NCBI GenBank assembly: GCA_034780895.1
Contig: JAUZTB010000071.1
Coordinates: 3,176,459 to 3,240,173 of the forward strand
From: Rhynchobatus australiae
Taxonomy: Eukaryota
Direction: 5' to 3'
Length of the DNA: 63,715 nucleotides
In this document: positions 1-13,595 of the stretch, piece by piece
Position numbering within the stretch: position 1 is the first letter of the stretch
Layout of the letters: every line of letters begins with the position of its first letter
Notes under the pieces: model-generated
Seen by the model: the letters and a program-made list of their open reading frames with translations, nothing else
The model's database searches: none
What the model was told of the DNA's origin: nothing
Translations under genes and position numbers: made by a program

Positions 1-1036
1 AAGATGGCGTGACCGTCTCTCCTCTCTCGGTCATTGCTTGCAGGGCTATTTATTTTTCTCAGGCCAATGGTTTACTTTCAGAATAAAACAAGCTAATAAA
101 ATGCAAGCTTTACATCAACGCGCTATCGTTTCCTGGTCATTCCCCCTTTTTCCCCAAATCTTTCCAAGTCTCTGGCTCGTCAACAGCGCATTCGAAATAC
201 ACGTCAAATCAACCCGTGTCTACGTTAATTCCCTCAAGGTGAAGGCGAGGTCATCTTTCTCTCTCTGTTGGAAACTCCTCCAGAATTAGAGCAAAGCTGC
301 GTTTCACAACCTTCTACATTCATTTATAGAAACCTAAAATTCATAGCATAAACCGAGATTGTAAGTCTAACAAGAGGCCATGGTGACCACGGCAAACGTT
401 AACCCTCTCACCAAATGTCTCTGGATTCTAAACGTCCTTTCCTTCAAATAATGAAATTTCCAATAAATTATTATTATTTACAGAAATAACTTACGTTACA
501 AAAGCATTTCTGATTAAACAGACAGAACTGAATAATTTAAATAGAATGTGATTTGCCAGTTACTATGGCATTCCTCTAAAGTAAAACATTTACAGTAAAC
601 TACACTTTGTAAACTTACTATTAGCGCACGCCACAGACTTCAGAACGTCCATAATGTCAACATTTCTGACAATATTGGTTCAAATAAATCCATTTCCGAG
701 TGTGAGGTTGTGGACTGTACAGTGTTGCCTTTGTGTATTTATCCCTCTCTCAATTTGTGCCGAGACTATTGCACGAATTAACCTTGCTGTGAGTTTGCGT
801 GTTTAGCTCGGAAGGATAACACCTTGTTTGTTCTAGCTCAATTAACTATGTTGACGCCTTACTGCTCTTGAGTTTCAATCATTCCCTTTTATTGCTATCA
901 CTAGGGCAAGGAATGCTTAGAAATGTTCTGGAAACATTACAACGCCAAATAAGCGAAATTCATCTGCCTTTCTTACTGTTTGTCCGGCTGGCTTTATTCG
1001 TCCATTTATTCATGTCTATCCAGCTATTCATCCATC

Positions 1037-1037
1037 C

Positions 1038-1104
<67 letters not shown>

Positions 1105-1163
1105 NNNNNNNNNNNNNNNNNNNNNNNNNNNNNNNNNNNNNNNNNNNNNNNNNNNNNNNNNNN

Positions 1164-1236
<73 letters not shown>
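1037..1236. repeat. (TATC)n microsatellite interrupted by an N gap
   Basis: Pure TATC run on both sides of the 1105-1163 gap; explains the SIYL-repeat ORFs. Confidence 0.97.
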
Positions 1237-1239
<3 letters not shown>

Positions 1240-4200
1240 TCCTTTCAACTTGACCGTTTCTCAGTGTCAGGTGCAGTATACGGACCATCAATACATCACA
1301 AGAAGACATTTTTAAATCTATGTACAGATAAAGCACAGGAATTACAGCTGTTTGGCGTATTTTCCCTCTGACTGAGAATTTTAAAGGGTTTGTCTGCCTT
1401 CCGGATTTCTACCGATCTGACTTTGACATTGACACGTGTCATCAACAAAATCCTATTTTAATCCATTTTTTCGTGGTAAAAGTAAGAGTCGTCTTTCCTT
1501 CTCATTTCTAAACATTCAACTTCCCGAACCCTGCAATTAGATTTATCAACAAATAACATTGCCAATTCCTAAAGATACAGACTCTTGTACATAAATAGGA
1601 GGAAGAATTATTTATTCGGGACAACTATACATCAGATGTTAATCATTGGCTTTTCACGATTTAATTTAGTGATATTTGAGATCATAATAAAATCAGCAAG
1701 CCAACGATTTAAAATTATGATCTTAATTTATATTTTTAACATTGTTGTTATTGGAGCTGAACATAAGAATTTGGCATTCTATCTAACGTTTAAATAAATT
1801 TACGATAATAATATTTAATGCAGACAGGTTTTCTTTCATGTTTGCATTAACAGTTTGATCAGTTGGACTTAACAAGTACAACACAGGCGCCTAGTCAAAC
1901 CAGAGGTTAAAGGTAATGCGTCTGTAATTAGATTTCAAGCACCATATTAAGTCCTAACCAACTACAGTACTTATCTTGACAAAACTTTCGAATGGGATCC
2001 TACATACACAATGAAATGAAACACACAACTTTACGTTCATTCATCTGATTCCATTCTTGTGTTCAACATTGTGAGTGTTCCACATAAATCTTGCGAATTC
2101 TCTCCCTAATATCGCGCATGCAAACTGCGAATTAACAACGCGAAGTTGCGGTGAAAATAAGTATCTTCCGCTTAGTATAATACAACAAAGGAATAATGAC
2201 AATTTCATGGGCAATAATACGATATAGATAGATTTCTAAAGTATCTTTGTGATGTGAACGTACCTTTCAGCACAGCAACATTACAAACCTCATTCGACTC
2301 TTCCAAGATCTAAATAATGACAACTGAACAATATTCCGTTTCTACTTTATGAATTACTTATGGCATGTTGGTTTCTCCAAAAGAAGGCAAATGTTGATTG
2401 ATGTTTTACATTTGGGGTTGCATAAAAAATAGTGCAAATACAGAAAATCTTCCACGGACATGCAGTTTTTCACTGATTTTCCCTTCCAGTTTTGCCGTGG
2501 GAATAATACAAAGGGGAATTTCTCCAAATCAACTGCTTTTATTGATCCCAACAATCAATTCCTATTTTACTTACAAAATAAAATATTTGCCAGTCGGTGG
2601 AACATTAATCACCGTTAATAGGTAATCTTGCAAAAGTGGAATAAAATCAACGGTTTTAGACTGACCATAAGAATTATTTATTCATTTACAGAGTCAAACA
2701 TTAATTACAATTTCATAGGTCAGAATACTAGGTTTGAAAACTGAGATCCTTGTACCCCAATCGTCTCATTTTAGAAATACTTTTTCACAAACAGGAGCTG
2801 GGTCAAATGGAAAATACAGACCATGACCGCAATACCGAGATTAACCACTGGAGGTCACTGTTGCTCCACAAATGTACCAGTAGGCAATCGGTCCTTCTGT
2901 GATTCTTTTATACTGCTTGTGTTGAAGGTTAAAAAGTTTTTTTTGTTCTATTTGCTGAATTTAGATGCACAATAATGTTTATTTTCATACTATTATGTAA
3001 AATATTTAATTTAACCAGCGATTTAAATCATACTTGCTTCTTATAATTGAAAGGTGATTTTCACAAATAAATTTACCAACACGCTAACATGTGTCTTTCC
3101 TGAATAATAAAAGAATCGCACTTAAATCATTTCATTGTCCTGCCGTGTTTGATGAAAGTTAACGCGCCAGGAAAAAGATCTCTGTTGAAGATATTATCCT
3201 TTTCCTACATACTTTAGATTAACAAGCAAGTTATTTTTTGAGATCTGGTTGTCTGCGGACTGTTCGGCGGTTGCTAGAACTTCCTAAAAGAGACAGAGAT
3301 TGATGTTGGTGCTCATATAATTTTGACTTACAGGTCGGAAAATATATGTTACTTTCAAAGACCCTTGTGCATTAAAACTGTCTTTCTTTCTTTATGTTTT
3401 TCTAATTAGCAGTCTCTAGATTTCAGCCAATCGTTCCTGATGCTTTGAATTAGTAAACAGCAGAATAGATAAATATTCCCTGGAATAATGCTCCATGCTA
3501 AAGTGGTTTTAGCATAAAATATACGAAATAGATTATTACGAAGATTGAACTACGAAATAAACAGTATTTATATAATTATTAAGTCGACATGAAATGACTC
3601 ATCGGTGTAAAGGGTAAACTGTGCTGGGAATTGTGTCAGCATTGAGATCGAACCGAAACTTGTAAGTTTTCACCAAAATAAAACGGATTTATACTAGAAA
3701 CCACGATTGAGGAGAGAAAATTCTTACAGGGGGATTCATTTGCAACTCGCCAGGACGAGCATTTGCAAATATCAACTTTCAGAACCACGCACCACCCCCC
3801 CCCGCCCCCCCACCCCCCCCCCCGTGNNNNNNNNNNNNNNNNNNNNNNNNNNNNNNNNNNNNNNNNNNNNNNNNNNNNNNNNNNNNNNNNNNNNNNNNNN
3901 NNNNNNNNNNNNNNNNNNNNNNNNNNAGCAGACAACCTCTATTCTCCAGGTATTTTTCATGAGACATGCTCTTATCTCCACCATTATAGCTTCCACCCAT
4001 TTTGCTTGTAGTCATAAATCTCTCTGTTAAACCATCATGTATTCTGCTCATGATACCCTTCTCATCCCAATCCATTATACATTTGGCCTATTTTTATTCA
4101 GTCTTGCTAGTTTCTGATAGGTACATTCACTACTGATCTGTTGGCATTTAATACAAAAGAAATTTGAGCCAATTAAGAGCACGAGTAACACAAAGGTTTG

Positions 4201-4929
4201 CAAAAAAAACACTCTAGCACCAAAGGAGGTGCAACAGATACACATGCACACAGTACACAGCATAATGTATAAAGACAGTGAAATTTATGCAAATATTCTG
4301 GGCAGATATTAGCAACCTTTTAAAAAATTTTGAATTGCAGAACAGGAAACCTCCATAAGGTTATTCAGTCCACAGGACTCTCTTAATACATTATGCATGT
4401 TCAGAGGACCAGAGAGTGAAGCAGCTGATTGCTCCAGACAGCAGGGAGTTAGCAGAGACAAACACAGCTTCAGCATGGTGCAGCCTTTTCTCATTTTTGT
4501 GTTAATTAAGTCTCATTTGTTCATTAATTCGCAAGTCTGAGTTTGATGGGAGCAAGAACCAGAAACACCAAGACATGATGGATAGACCTTAAGTTGATGG
4601 AATTGTAACAGCCACCAGGCTTACAACCAAGGTTGAGGGAAACTTGTATTGGCACAGGAGGAAAACAAAGGTTGAACACCAAGGGGAAATTGAAGCAATT
4701 GGAACAGATGAAGTTGAAAATGTTGTTGTGACACACTTCACATCTGTACAGGACAGAAATCATCCAAACCATCAAGAATTATGTTTCAAGACAAAGGTCG
4801 GAAGAATTGAATATTATCCAGTCCCCCAGGGATCCGGGACAAACAATTGAATTCACAAAAAAAACTTGGGCAGTAAGTTTGGTGGAGTTAAGAACGGAGT
4901 TACATTTATAAACACAACACAAAGAAGCA

Positions 4930-5124
4930 GTAAAACACAAACCGCTGGAGGAACTCAGCGGATCGAGCAGCATCTCGAGGGTAAGGGGTGGTCGACGCGG
5001 CAGAATCTCGACCCGAAACGTCCACTGTCCATCTCCCCCCACGGATGCTGCTCGACCCACTGAGTTCCTCCAGCAGATTGTATCTTGCTCCAGCTTCCGA
5101 CATCTGCAGTCCCTCTCGTGTCTG
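4930..5124. mobile_element. Short fold-back remnant of a Penelope-like element 3' end
   Basis: 31-bp inverted arms at 4944-4974 and 5044-5074 (2 mismatches); partial hammerhead GAAAC-GTC at 5015-5022; flanking CAAAGAAGCA (4920-4929) and CAAACAAGCA (5125-5134) as probable TSD; same arm sequence as the tail of the PLE at 54453-55180. Confidence 0.8.
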
Positions 5125-6900
5125 CAAACAAGCACCAGGCCGCCCGGTTATCCGCAGCCAAACTCCTCGGAGGGTATCTGAGCGCTGCCGGTTAAGAGCG
5201 GGAGTTTAAAATAAAGAGCACAGGTCCACTTTGCTCAGCTGGCACCCAAACCCTTCAGTGGCTCGGAAGCCGAGGAGCCAGTTCAGATCAGCGTTGCTTG
5301 TTCATTTGCCAGATCCACTGTTGTGACCATATCAGCGTGAAACTACAGAGCCCACCGTCAATAATGATAAATGCGAAGCGGGGCCTGCCCGGGAGTACAC
5401 CGTTGCGTTATAATTAATATTACTCCAACTCTGAGAAGTACCTGCAACCTGGCATAAGCACTGGGTAGCTGAACTATCGGTGGGACCTGAGCAACACTCT
5501 TTCTATTTAATAAAAAAAACCTCCATGATGTGCAAGTAACTTCAGGAATCTCGACTCTGACAGAAGTAATCTCCGGCCACCAGAAACACATAGTCACTCA
5601 CCTGTCGGAGAATCGCCGACCATTCGGGGTAACCCCTCTCCAGGTACGTATCCAACACTGCATTCCTTCAGGACCTCAGTCAGGAAGGGTGCTAGGATCT
5701 GTGCTCTCTCCTTCGCCCAGTTCGTACGCGCGCTGTAGATTTTATAACACTCTGCATAATATTACTTGCTATTACGTTGATTGCGCCATCCTGCGTATTA
5801 TGCAGATTGGTCGCCGTTACTGTTCAGCTTCGGGCAAGAACCCTTGGGTTTTATTTAGGGGGTTGTTGTGTTTACATGCGGCGGGTGCCGAGTGTACTTT
5901 CCGCCTCGTTTAGCCGGCCGGATTTATGCCAAGGGAGGCTTATTGAAAATGAGTGGGTAACATGTTATTAAAGTTCAGTTCAATATAACTGTAGCCATAA
6001 CAACGGCTGTTGCCTGTTACTGGCGCAACGTTGCAGGGTGTTATCGGCGGTATCAGACCCCTGAAAGGATCATTGCCCACGCGGTCAGTTGGTGAACAGT
6101 TTCACTCACTCAACGGAATAATCTCATTTGAATCCCGGTGATTCCGTGTGTTGTTGTGTTTGTCCCCCGGGATTACTGGGAGCCNNNNNNNNNNNNNNNN
6201 NNNNNNNNNNNNNNNNNNNNNNNNNNNNNNNNNNNNNNNNNNNNNNNNNNNNNNNNNNNNNNNNNNNNNNNNNNNNNNNNNNNNNNNNNNNNNNNNNNNN
6301 NNNNNNNNNNNNNNNNNNNNNNNNNNNNNNNNNNNNNNNNNNNNNNNNNNNNNNNNNNNNNNNNNNNNNNNNNNNNNNNNNNNNNNNNNNNNNNNNNNNN
6401 NNNNNNNNNNNNNNNNNNNNNNNNNNNNNNNNNNNNNNNNNNNNNNNNNNNNNNNNNNNNNNNNNNNNNNNNNNNNNNNNNNNNNNNNNNNNNNNNNNNN
6501 NNNNNNNNNNNNNNNNNNNNNNNNNNNNNNNNNNNNNNNNNNNNNNNNNNNNNNNNNNNNNNNNNNNNNNNNNNNNNNNNNNNNNNNNNNNNNNNNNNNN
6601 NNNNNNNNNNNNNGTTATTAAAGGTCATTTGAATTTTCAGAAGATTATTTCAGTTAACAACTTCCAGCAATTGTTCTAAGATGTATAGACATCGAGGGTT
6701 CAAAAAAAAGTGGGGCGTTAACAGACCGAGGCTCGGGGTTGAGAATTGGAAGAGGAAAGCGCGGAGACGTGAGGAGATTGTTGGAATCTAAGGAGAAGCG
6801 AGACTGCGGAAAGTAGGAACAGAAAGGAGACGAGGAATAAACACACGGTTTATTGAGTTCAAAGTAACAAGGGTTTGTTGGCATTAACGCTGGTTTAACC

Positions 6901-7050
6901 ATTTTCACGTGTACCGAGATACAGTGAAGAACGTTTGTTTGTGTGCCGTCCAAGCACATCAGCCCATACACAAATACATCAAGGTAGTAAAATAAAAACA
7001 GAACGCAGAGTACAATGTAGCAGCTACAGAGAAAATGCAGTGCAGGGTAA
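6901..7050 (-). mobile_element. 3' UTR/tail fragment of a LINE (Rex1/Babar-like)
   Basis: Minus strand reads TTCTTCACTGTATCTCGGTACACGTGAAAAT, similar to the LINE tail at 33265-33325; family assigned by recognition only. Confidence 0.5.
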
Positions 7051-10000
7051 ATAATTAAGTTTGCTCCTGTTATCACATCAGTGCTGTTCCAGAGTATGCT
7101 TTGCAAAACTTATTTTACCGACATGTGCTCGCCAAAATGGATGAAGCTTCGACAAGAAATGAGTTTGCCAGTGTGATACCACTCAATCGCAACCAGAGCG
7201 CTAGCGACCGTGAAGCTGATGTCATGAAAGAATGACAAATGTAGTTATATGTATTTAAAACCTTTAATGTTAGACGTTGCATTATTCTCGCTCGGTATGG
7301 TGCAAATTTGACAAACAATCTCCATGCGTTTGCATTTCCCTGGATTCTGTCACTCCATCTCCCCTCCCCCACCACACCTCTCCCCATCCCCTCCCCCTCC
7401 CAGCCCCCATCCCCTCTCTCCGAATTCTGGGTCACAAACTTACGATGAAAATATGACTTTTGGTTTGGCCTTGCCCTTCAGAAACGTTTACTTAAAAGAG
7501 TTGCAATAAATCCAAAGATTCGTTGTGTTTAACCCGGGGAAGCACAATAGGTTAAAAAAATGTCTTCGTTTTATTCATCTTTTCAAATTGGCCTTTGGCT
7601 TTTCATTTTCGTCGAACTTCTCGTCCTATGGAGTTAATGTGTCATATGTAAGGAGAAATCAATAACGATTGACACATGGAGATGGAGACTGGAAGTGTGA
7701 CATAGAATATCTTAACGCAGGGATCTATAGACAAATAAAAATACACTTTCCACATGCTAGCTGCACACTGGTTATCAATTATATGCAAACTAGGAAAAGC
7801 CAAGTATTTGACTGATACCAGCACCATAATGCTGGATAGACTGGGAACAAATGTTGGAGTGTTGTGAGAACGGCATTGCACCGATATAGTAGACACACGC
7901 TGTAGTGATAACCAGAAACACATTGACTGCAGATTATGAAAATGCTTCCTATATATTGGGGCATGAATGAGTTGCCCCAATATATTTCCTGCATGAGTTG
8001 CTAACCATGTTAGGTACAATCGACGTACATGCAAACTACACACTCCATATACGTTGGGTTCACACCGGCTACCTGCTCAACAAAGGGGTTGGCGCAAACT
8101 AAGTGCATGCGTGAAATATGATGTGTTGATTTTGGCAACAACTTTTCACGTATTTCGTACATACAGCTGTACACAGTCTGTGACTGGTTCGGGATTAGCG
8201 TATAATTACATTGCTAACCGACACAATTTCGATATTTGTTTTGGGGAAGGACATTAATTGGCCAGTTTCCACCTCGGTTCATGTCTTCTTTCCTAATATG
8301 TAGCATTCTTTGATGATTTTGATATTATTAGAGTCCAAATTGGATCCATCTGCATAGACCCTTAAATGGAATTAACTGCCATCACTCTTCATTGCCATGC
8401 TGAATCTTGAGCGATGAAATGGAGAAACGATATTGGTCTGTCAATTGTTTGAGGCGAAATTTTGAAAAGTGCAATGATCGAGTGCACATTTCTTTCTCGT
8501 GTGCTCAGTAAACGGCAGATTATAATGGGAGGAAATGGTTGTTGTGACTGTTAATAAAGTTGTTCCTTTAATAAAGTTGGGTACAAATCCTGTGACTTGC
8601 TCTCCAAGTGTTCGAAACTAGTTAGTGCATACTTCATAGCACAGTAGAACGAGGTTACCGTTGGTTTTGGAACTTGATCTGTAAAACTAGGGAAAATAAT
8701 CAAGGAAATTTTCAGCTCGAATTCCCATACTGTGCCAGCGGGCCCCGGGAGCAGTCAAACGTCTGTTCAATTACACCAGGCTTGATTAGTTAGGCCAATC
8801 TTTGTTTCAGTGTCTCTCACACAAAGGAATTCATTGGCAATTTTTCTTCAGATTACGCATCTTTTGTAGGTACCTCAAACCCTAGGTTGATCGCTTTCAA
8901 TCCGATCTTTACCGTGTAAGTTTACACCTATGTACCTTAATGCAGGGATTCTGCAATTACAGTTAAGAAAATCTTTTAATTAGGAACGAATATAATAATG
9001 GAATTCATTTTGACACATTCGATTTAATAAATACATTAAAATGCTTTTGAGAATCTTCAATTAGCAAACATCATATGTTCCTCACAGCAACACTGTAAAT
9101 TTTTGCAGATTATTCACTGAATTGCCAGGACTATGTTACCTGCCGTCTTAATATTATTTTTCGTTCAGAAATAAGGAAACTGGTTGTGCCAACTCGCCGG
9201 ACCCCCAAGATGTTTACGACATTAATTAACATTACTAAATAAAATAGAGGAGACAATAATTCTAAGGCTAAAATTAATAATTAAGCAACCATTCTCTCTA
9301 AATATCTATTCACAGCGATCTGTGGGACTGAGTAATTCCGCCTCCGTGGTTCCTAGTGAGCTGGTGCGGAAGGTAATATCACATTCCTCTTCATGATGTT
9401 GATGTTACTCGGTGTACCTATTATGCGCAGTTTTTATGACTGAAATCAAGCATATTAATGAAGTTAATGTGAAAATTGTGACTAAGATGCCGGTAACTCC
9501 GTGAATGATTAACCTTAAAGCCCACAAGGAACGTTATGTGACCTTACATGATTCTACCTTTTAACTAAATGCTCACGTTATCTAATCTGAGCAGTACAAA
9601 ACAATCTACAAGTAGATATTTTTACATGTCTCCACAAAGAACACAAATAACTTTAAAAATTAAAACTGCTATCATTCATTCATAACAGGTAAAATGCCTA
9701 CTCGTAGTTATATCCCATTTGGTGAATTAGCTCTGCTGGACTCAGAAAACTGACCCCCAAGATGTTGTCCCGATACGTCAAGCTAAAACTAATCATACCT
9801 AATTAGCGCTACCAATATATGATACGAAATCTTACACGTGGGACAGGGCCCTGTTTTAAACGCATGATTCAATTATATATTCACTGCTTTTGATCACTAT
9901 AATCAGACGATATCAAGATTTCCTGATGCACATTCCTTCGGCTTGTCTGTTGGGTTGAAAGATGTGTGCGTTTGCAAACTACAGCTTTAAAATGCGTTCT

Positions 10001-10593
10001 TGTAAGTTTGTCTTGAGAATTTGAATTGGAAGTGTATGGAATCTTCAAGGTGGAAATAAACCATTCGAACCAATTAGGCTGCAGGTTTTCTTGCTTCATT
10101 CCAGCCTCCTCCCTCCAACATTATCTCTGCCATCATCTCTACCCATCGGTTCTTTGTTCGCAAGCACATCATCCCGTAGGTACAAGAATATCTGCTCCTA
10201 CATTTCACGTAACAGCGGTTTCTACATCCTCACCACTACCCCTGAAACACGCTCTCCTACATTCTTCATCTGATTTGTTAATGACATTTGATAATGTTCA
10301 CTTATATGGCTCGCTGTTTTCTCCAACCCAATGAACACTTTATATTTGAATGCTGTTTCTGGGCTCCCATTTGTCATTTAAGAAGATACTGTCGCTGCTC
10401 TATTTTATCTGGTGATGCTATATTTGTATTTCTGGAAACATCCTTGTAAATCCCTTCTCCACTTCGATCGTTCAGCTGTTGATGTTGTTCAATGGCGACA
10501 TTAACATATTGTTGGTTTGGGGGATAATCAAAGGACACGTGGATGGCAAATGGGGAATGTGTGGGGACGGGGAGTGGGCAGAATGGACAACTC

Positions 10594-10757
10594 ATCACAC
10601 AAAATGCTGGAGGAACTCGGCAGGTCAGGCGGCGTCTGTGGAGGGAAATGAACAATCGACCTTTCGGTCCAAGACCCTTCGTCAGGACCTGCTGAGTTCC
10701 TCCAGAATTTTAGGCGTGTTGCTCCAGATTCCAGCACCTGCAGAATCTGTGTCTCCG
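10594..10757. mobile_element. Short fold-back Penelope-derived insertion with 11-bp TSD
   Basis: ATGGACAACTC at 10583-10593 and 10758-10768; inverted arms CTGGAGGAACTCGGCAGGTC / GACCTGCTGAGTTCCTCCAG; contains a hammerhead motif. Confidence 0.85.
10653..10688 (-). ncRNA. Minimal type-I hammerhead ribozyme motif (core intact, stems I and III damaged)
   Basis: Minus strand GTC-CTGACGA-AGGGTCTTGGACC-GAAAG-GTC-GATTG contains CUGANGA, a stem II hairpin, GAAA and a GUC cleavage triplet. Confidence 0.65.
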
Positions 10758-11199
10758 ATGGACAACTCCTCCTCACTTTCCCCATTTTATCCCCTTTCTT
10801 TTCAACTTAACTAGTCCAATAACTTTTTTTTAAAGATTAACATTCCACAATGAGTGTAAGCACTGGAATATGTTTTTCTGTTTCAACTCTCTGGCAGTTT
10901 TATTTGATTTATATGGTTAAATAGACTCGAACATCAGTGTGACCTGCTCTCGCTCCTTTATATCATATCCNNNNNNNNNCTGTTCCTTTGTTCTATGGCG
11001 ACATTTATTTACAATCTTGTTGACGCTATCGGCTTGCATTACTAATTTTCGTGACTGCATTTATATTTCCAGATCTCTTCGTCATTATACCCCCTGTAGT
11101 CTCCCACACTCCAAGGCATAATTGGCTGCCTATTTACCCTACAAAAATGAACTGCATGATTTCTGCTTCATTAGCTTTTAATTGATGTTCATCTATATA

Positions 11200-11560
11200 C
11201 TGTGAGAGCCTGATCGTTTGCCCGCATTCTGGTGCAAACTTGCACATTATTGCATATACCAACAGCTGCCGTTACCCCCTACCTTCATAAACAAACTGCT
11301 CCCATCTCCGCAACCACCTCCCAGAGTGGCAACACTGGTCTTTAAACTCTGTCAAAATCGGTTATATGTCTAGATTTCTCGGTTATATGTCTATATGTTG
11401 ACAAACAGGTGCCCCAAGACGGAGTCCTGCACGAAACCACTTCCTACTTCTTAGTTTGAAAAACTTCCTTTAAATATTACCATGGTTTGTTTTCTTATGT
11501 TCTAGCAAGTTTTTAATCCATTCTGCCATCTGAAGCTAGTCCACTTTTGCCATTGGTCTC
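11200..11560 (-). mobile_element. Highly decayed CR1-type LINE RT fragment
   Basis: AACAGGTGCCCCAAGACGGAGTCCTGCACGAAACCACT resembles the antisense of the SGVPQGSVLGP region also seen at 29560-29600; internal duplication TCGGTTATATGTCTA x2. Confidence 0.4.
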
Positions 11561-13568
11561 TTCTCATCAGTCAACATCTGGACACGTGGTCTCTTCCTCC
11601 TCGTTTTATCCCTATCATATCTCCTTGCTTTTTTAATTTCACTAACATTGACTTTTAAAAAAATAATAATATTCAAAGATAGACGTTTACGCTGCAATAT
11701 GGTTTTCTGCCTTGACTCTCAAACTATTTTATCTTGTTGGACATTACACAAATTACAATCGCTCAGAATGATTGTACAAAGCAAAGAACTGAGCCAATTG
11801 CCGATCAAAAAGAATCAATTTCCGATGGAAAGGAAACACTTCTCCTTCAAAGTTAAATTCGGAGAAATTTCGAAACGCAGGAGGGAGAGGGAGAGGTTAC
11901 TGTATTTTTCCAGTAATGCTAAATATTTAGTTCAAGAAAATTTGCTTTGAATAATTTACTGGCAATAAAATTATTAAGTGATAAAGGGAACGAAACTGAA
12001 CCGTTTATAAGTAAACCAAACCTTTCATTCTCGGGAAATGGAAGAGAACTAAAGAATTCTTTCCCCTTTTCTCAGTGTTTAGCAGGATACAGAAAACTGT
12101 TTAGTTTCCGGATGAAGTGAATAATGCAAAGCAGTTCGGTAAAAGATTACACAACAAAACTTCTAAATCTGTTCGCATTTCCAATATGGATTGTGTCCTA
12201 GAATTCACGCGAAAGGTTTAATCTCACAATTATATTTTCTTTACATAATTAATATATAGAATTATTTTAACCAAATTAATACATAATTTGCTATTTCCCC
12301 TCAGAATATCATTGATTCGTTTTCCAATCCGTCTTTATTTTGAGAATTAGGATTTTAATTCTAATTAAAACTGGATTTCTGACAGAATTTTATATTCTTG
12401 CTATCCTCTGTAAGAAATTTCACCATGTCCAAAATGAAATGAGGATTACATTAATTGGAATATTTTAAATCTCGATGGGCTCTGTACTCCCGGACGTTTA
12501 AACATTGATGCACAGGATTTAACAGAGGAAAAATCATGCTTCATNNNNNNNNNNNNNNNNNNNNNNNNNNNNNTACCGAATGAGGCCAATGTAATACACA
12601 GCGTCTGTTGTGAATATGCAATATCGGGAAGGTGCAGGAACCGCTGTAAATGTCGGCACTTCTGTTTATCTTTGCTTTATAGATGAAATGGTACTTAAAG
12701 TGCGCCATGGTCTTTTGAATCCTGTGAATTGAAAATTAAACCTTGAAATCTTCTTTCAATAATAAAGAGAAAATAATACACTTTGACACACTTCCTGCAA
12801 AGGCCTATGTGGCGACGCGAGTGCTTCCAGAGCTAGTTCTAATTTGTTATACCACCACCATGTCAAGCGAGGAATTGCAACGCTCTACATGTTCGTATGG
12901 ATACCTGAATGACATTGGATTAAATGTTGCTCTCGCTTTAGAGGATTTTATAATTTGGATTTCCACAGTTTCATTTGCATGTTCAGCGTTTTGATAGAAA
13001 TGGACATTACCACCCTTCGAAAACTGGTCCCAGCTGAGAGTCGAGCATAGTTTTCAAGTTAAAAGTTCTCTGAAGAACTTAGCAGTAGCATAAATGCAAC
13101 CAAAAACGTGCTGAGAATAGGGCTCTGGATATTTTAAGGAACTTGATAGTCGCCAAAGGAGCCTTTCCCATCAGATAATATGAATCAAAAAGCATTTTTC
13201 AGTCAAACGTAATTCTTCCACCGCTTTCACCCAAAAATGATAACAATTCCAACTTAAAGTGTCAAATAAACTTCAGGTCCTAGATTAAAAGCTTCTGCCT
13301 TTATTTATGTAAAGATCTCTTTATCTGGCTCACTCTCTCTCTTTAGCTCCAAGTTTGATGTTTGTTATAAGAGGCACCGCCGTCTCTGTTTTTTTTCGAC
13401 AGCCAGTTGTCTGTAAGCACATAAAATTCACACAGACAGGCAATAAAGCGTCTGGCTGCTGTGTGCGCTCTTTATACAACGCCTCGGGATAAATCGCAAG
13501 CTTTAAATGTTGCATCAGCACAACCGTGAGACTGATATTTTAGCTTGAACCCGCACTTACAATGTATC

Positions 13569-13595
13569 CTCTCTCTCTCTCTCTCTCTCTCTCTC
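13569..13595. repeat. (CT)n microsatellite running into a gap
   Basis: Direct reading. Confidence 0.95.

Noticed and set aside
868-1371. 167-aa ORF with SIYL repeats
   Set aside because: Translation of the (TATC)n microsatellite and N gap
4520-4850. 68-aa ORF 4644-4850, possibly a Gypsy integrase C-terminal tail
   Set aside because: Only vague resemblance; no catalytic motif or LTR to support it
5530-5971. 127-aa and 64-aa ORFs in CpG-rich DNA
   Set aside because: No recognisable domain or convincing splice structure; expected by chance at this GC content
6128-6679. Long ORFs spanning N runs (also near 13.5, 28.7, 41.8, 43.3 and 52.5 kb)
   Set aside because: Artefacts of N translating as X without stops
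10080-10290. Possible very old Rex/L2 fragment
   Set aside because: Similarity too weak to call by eye
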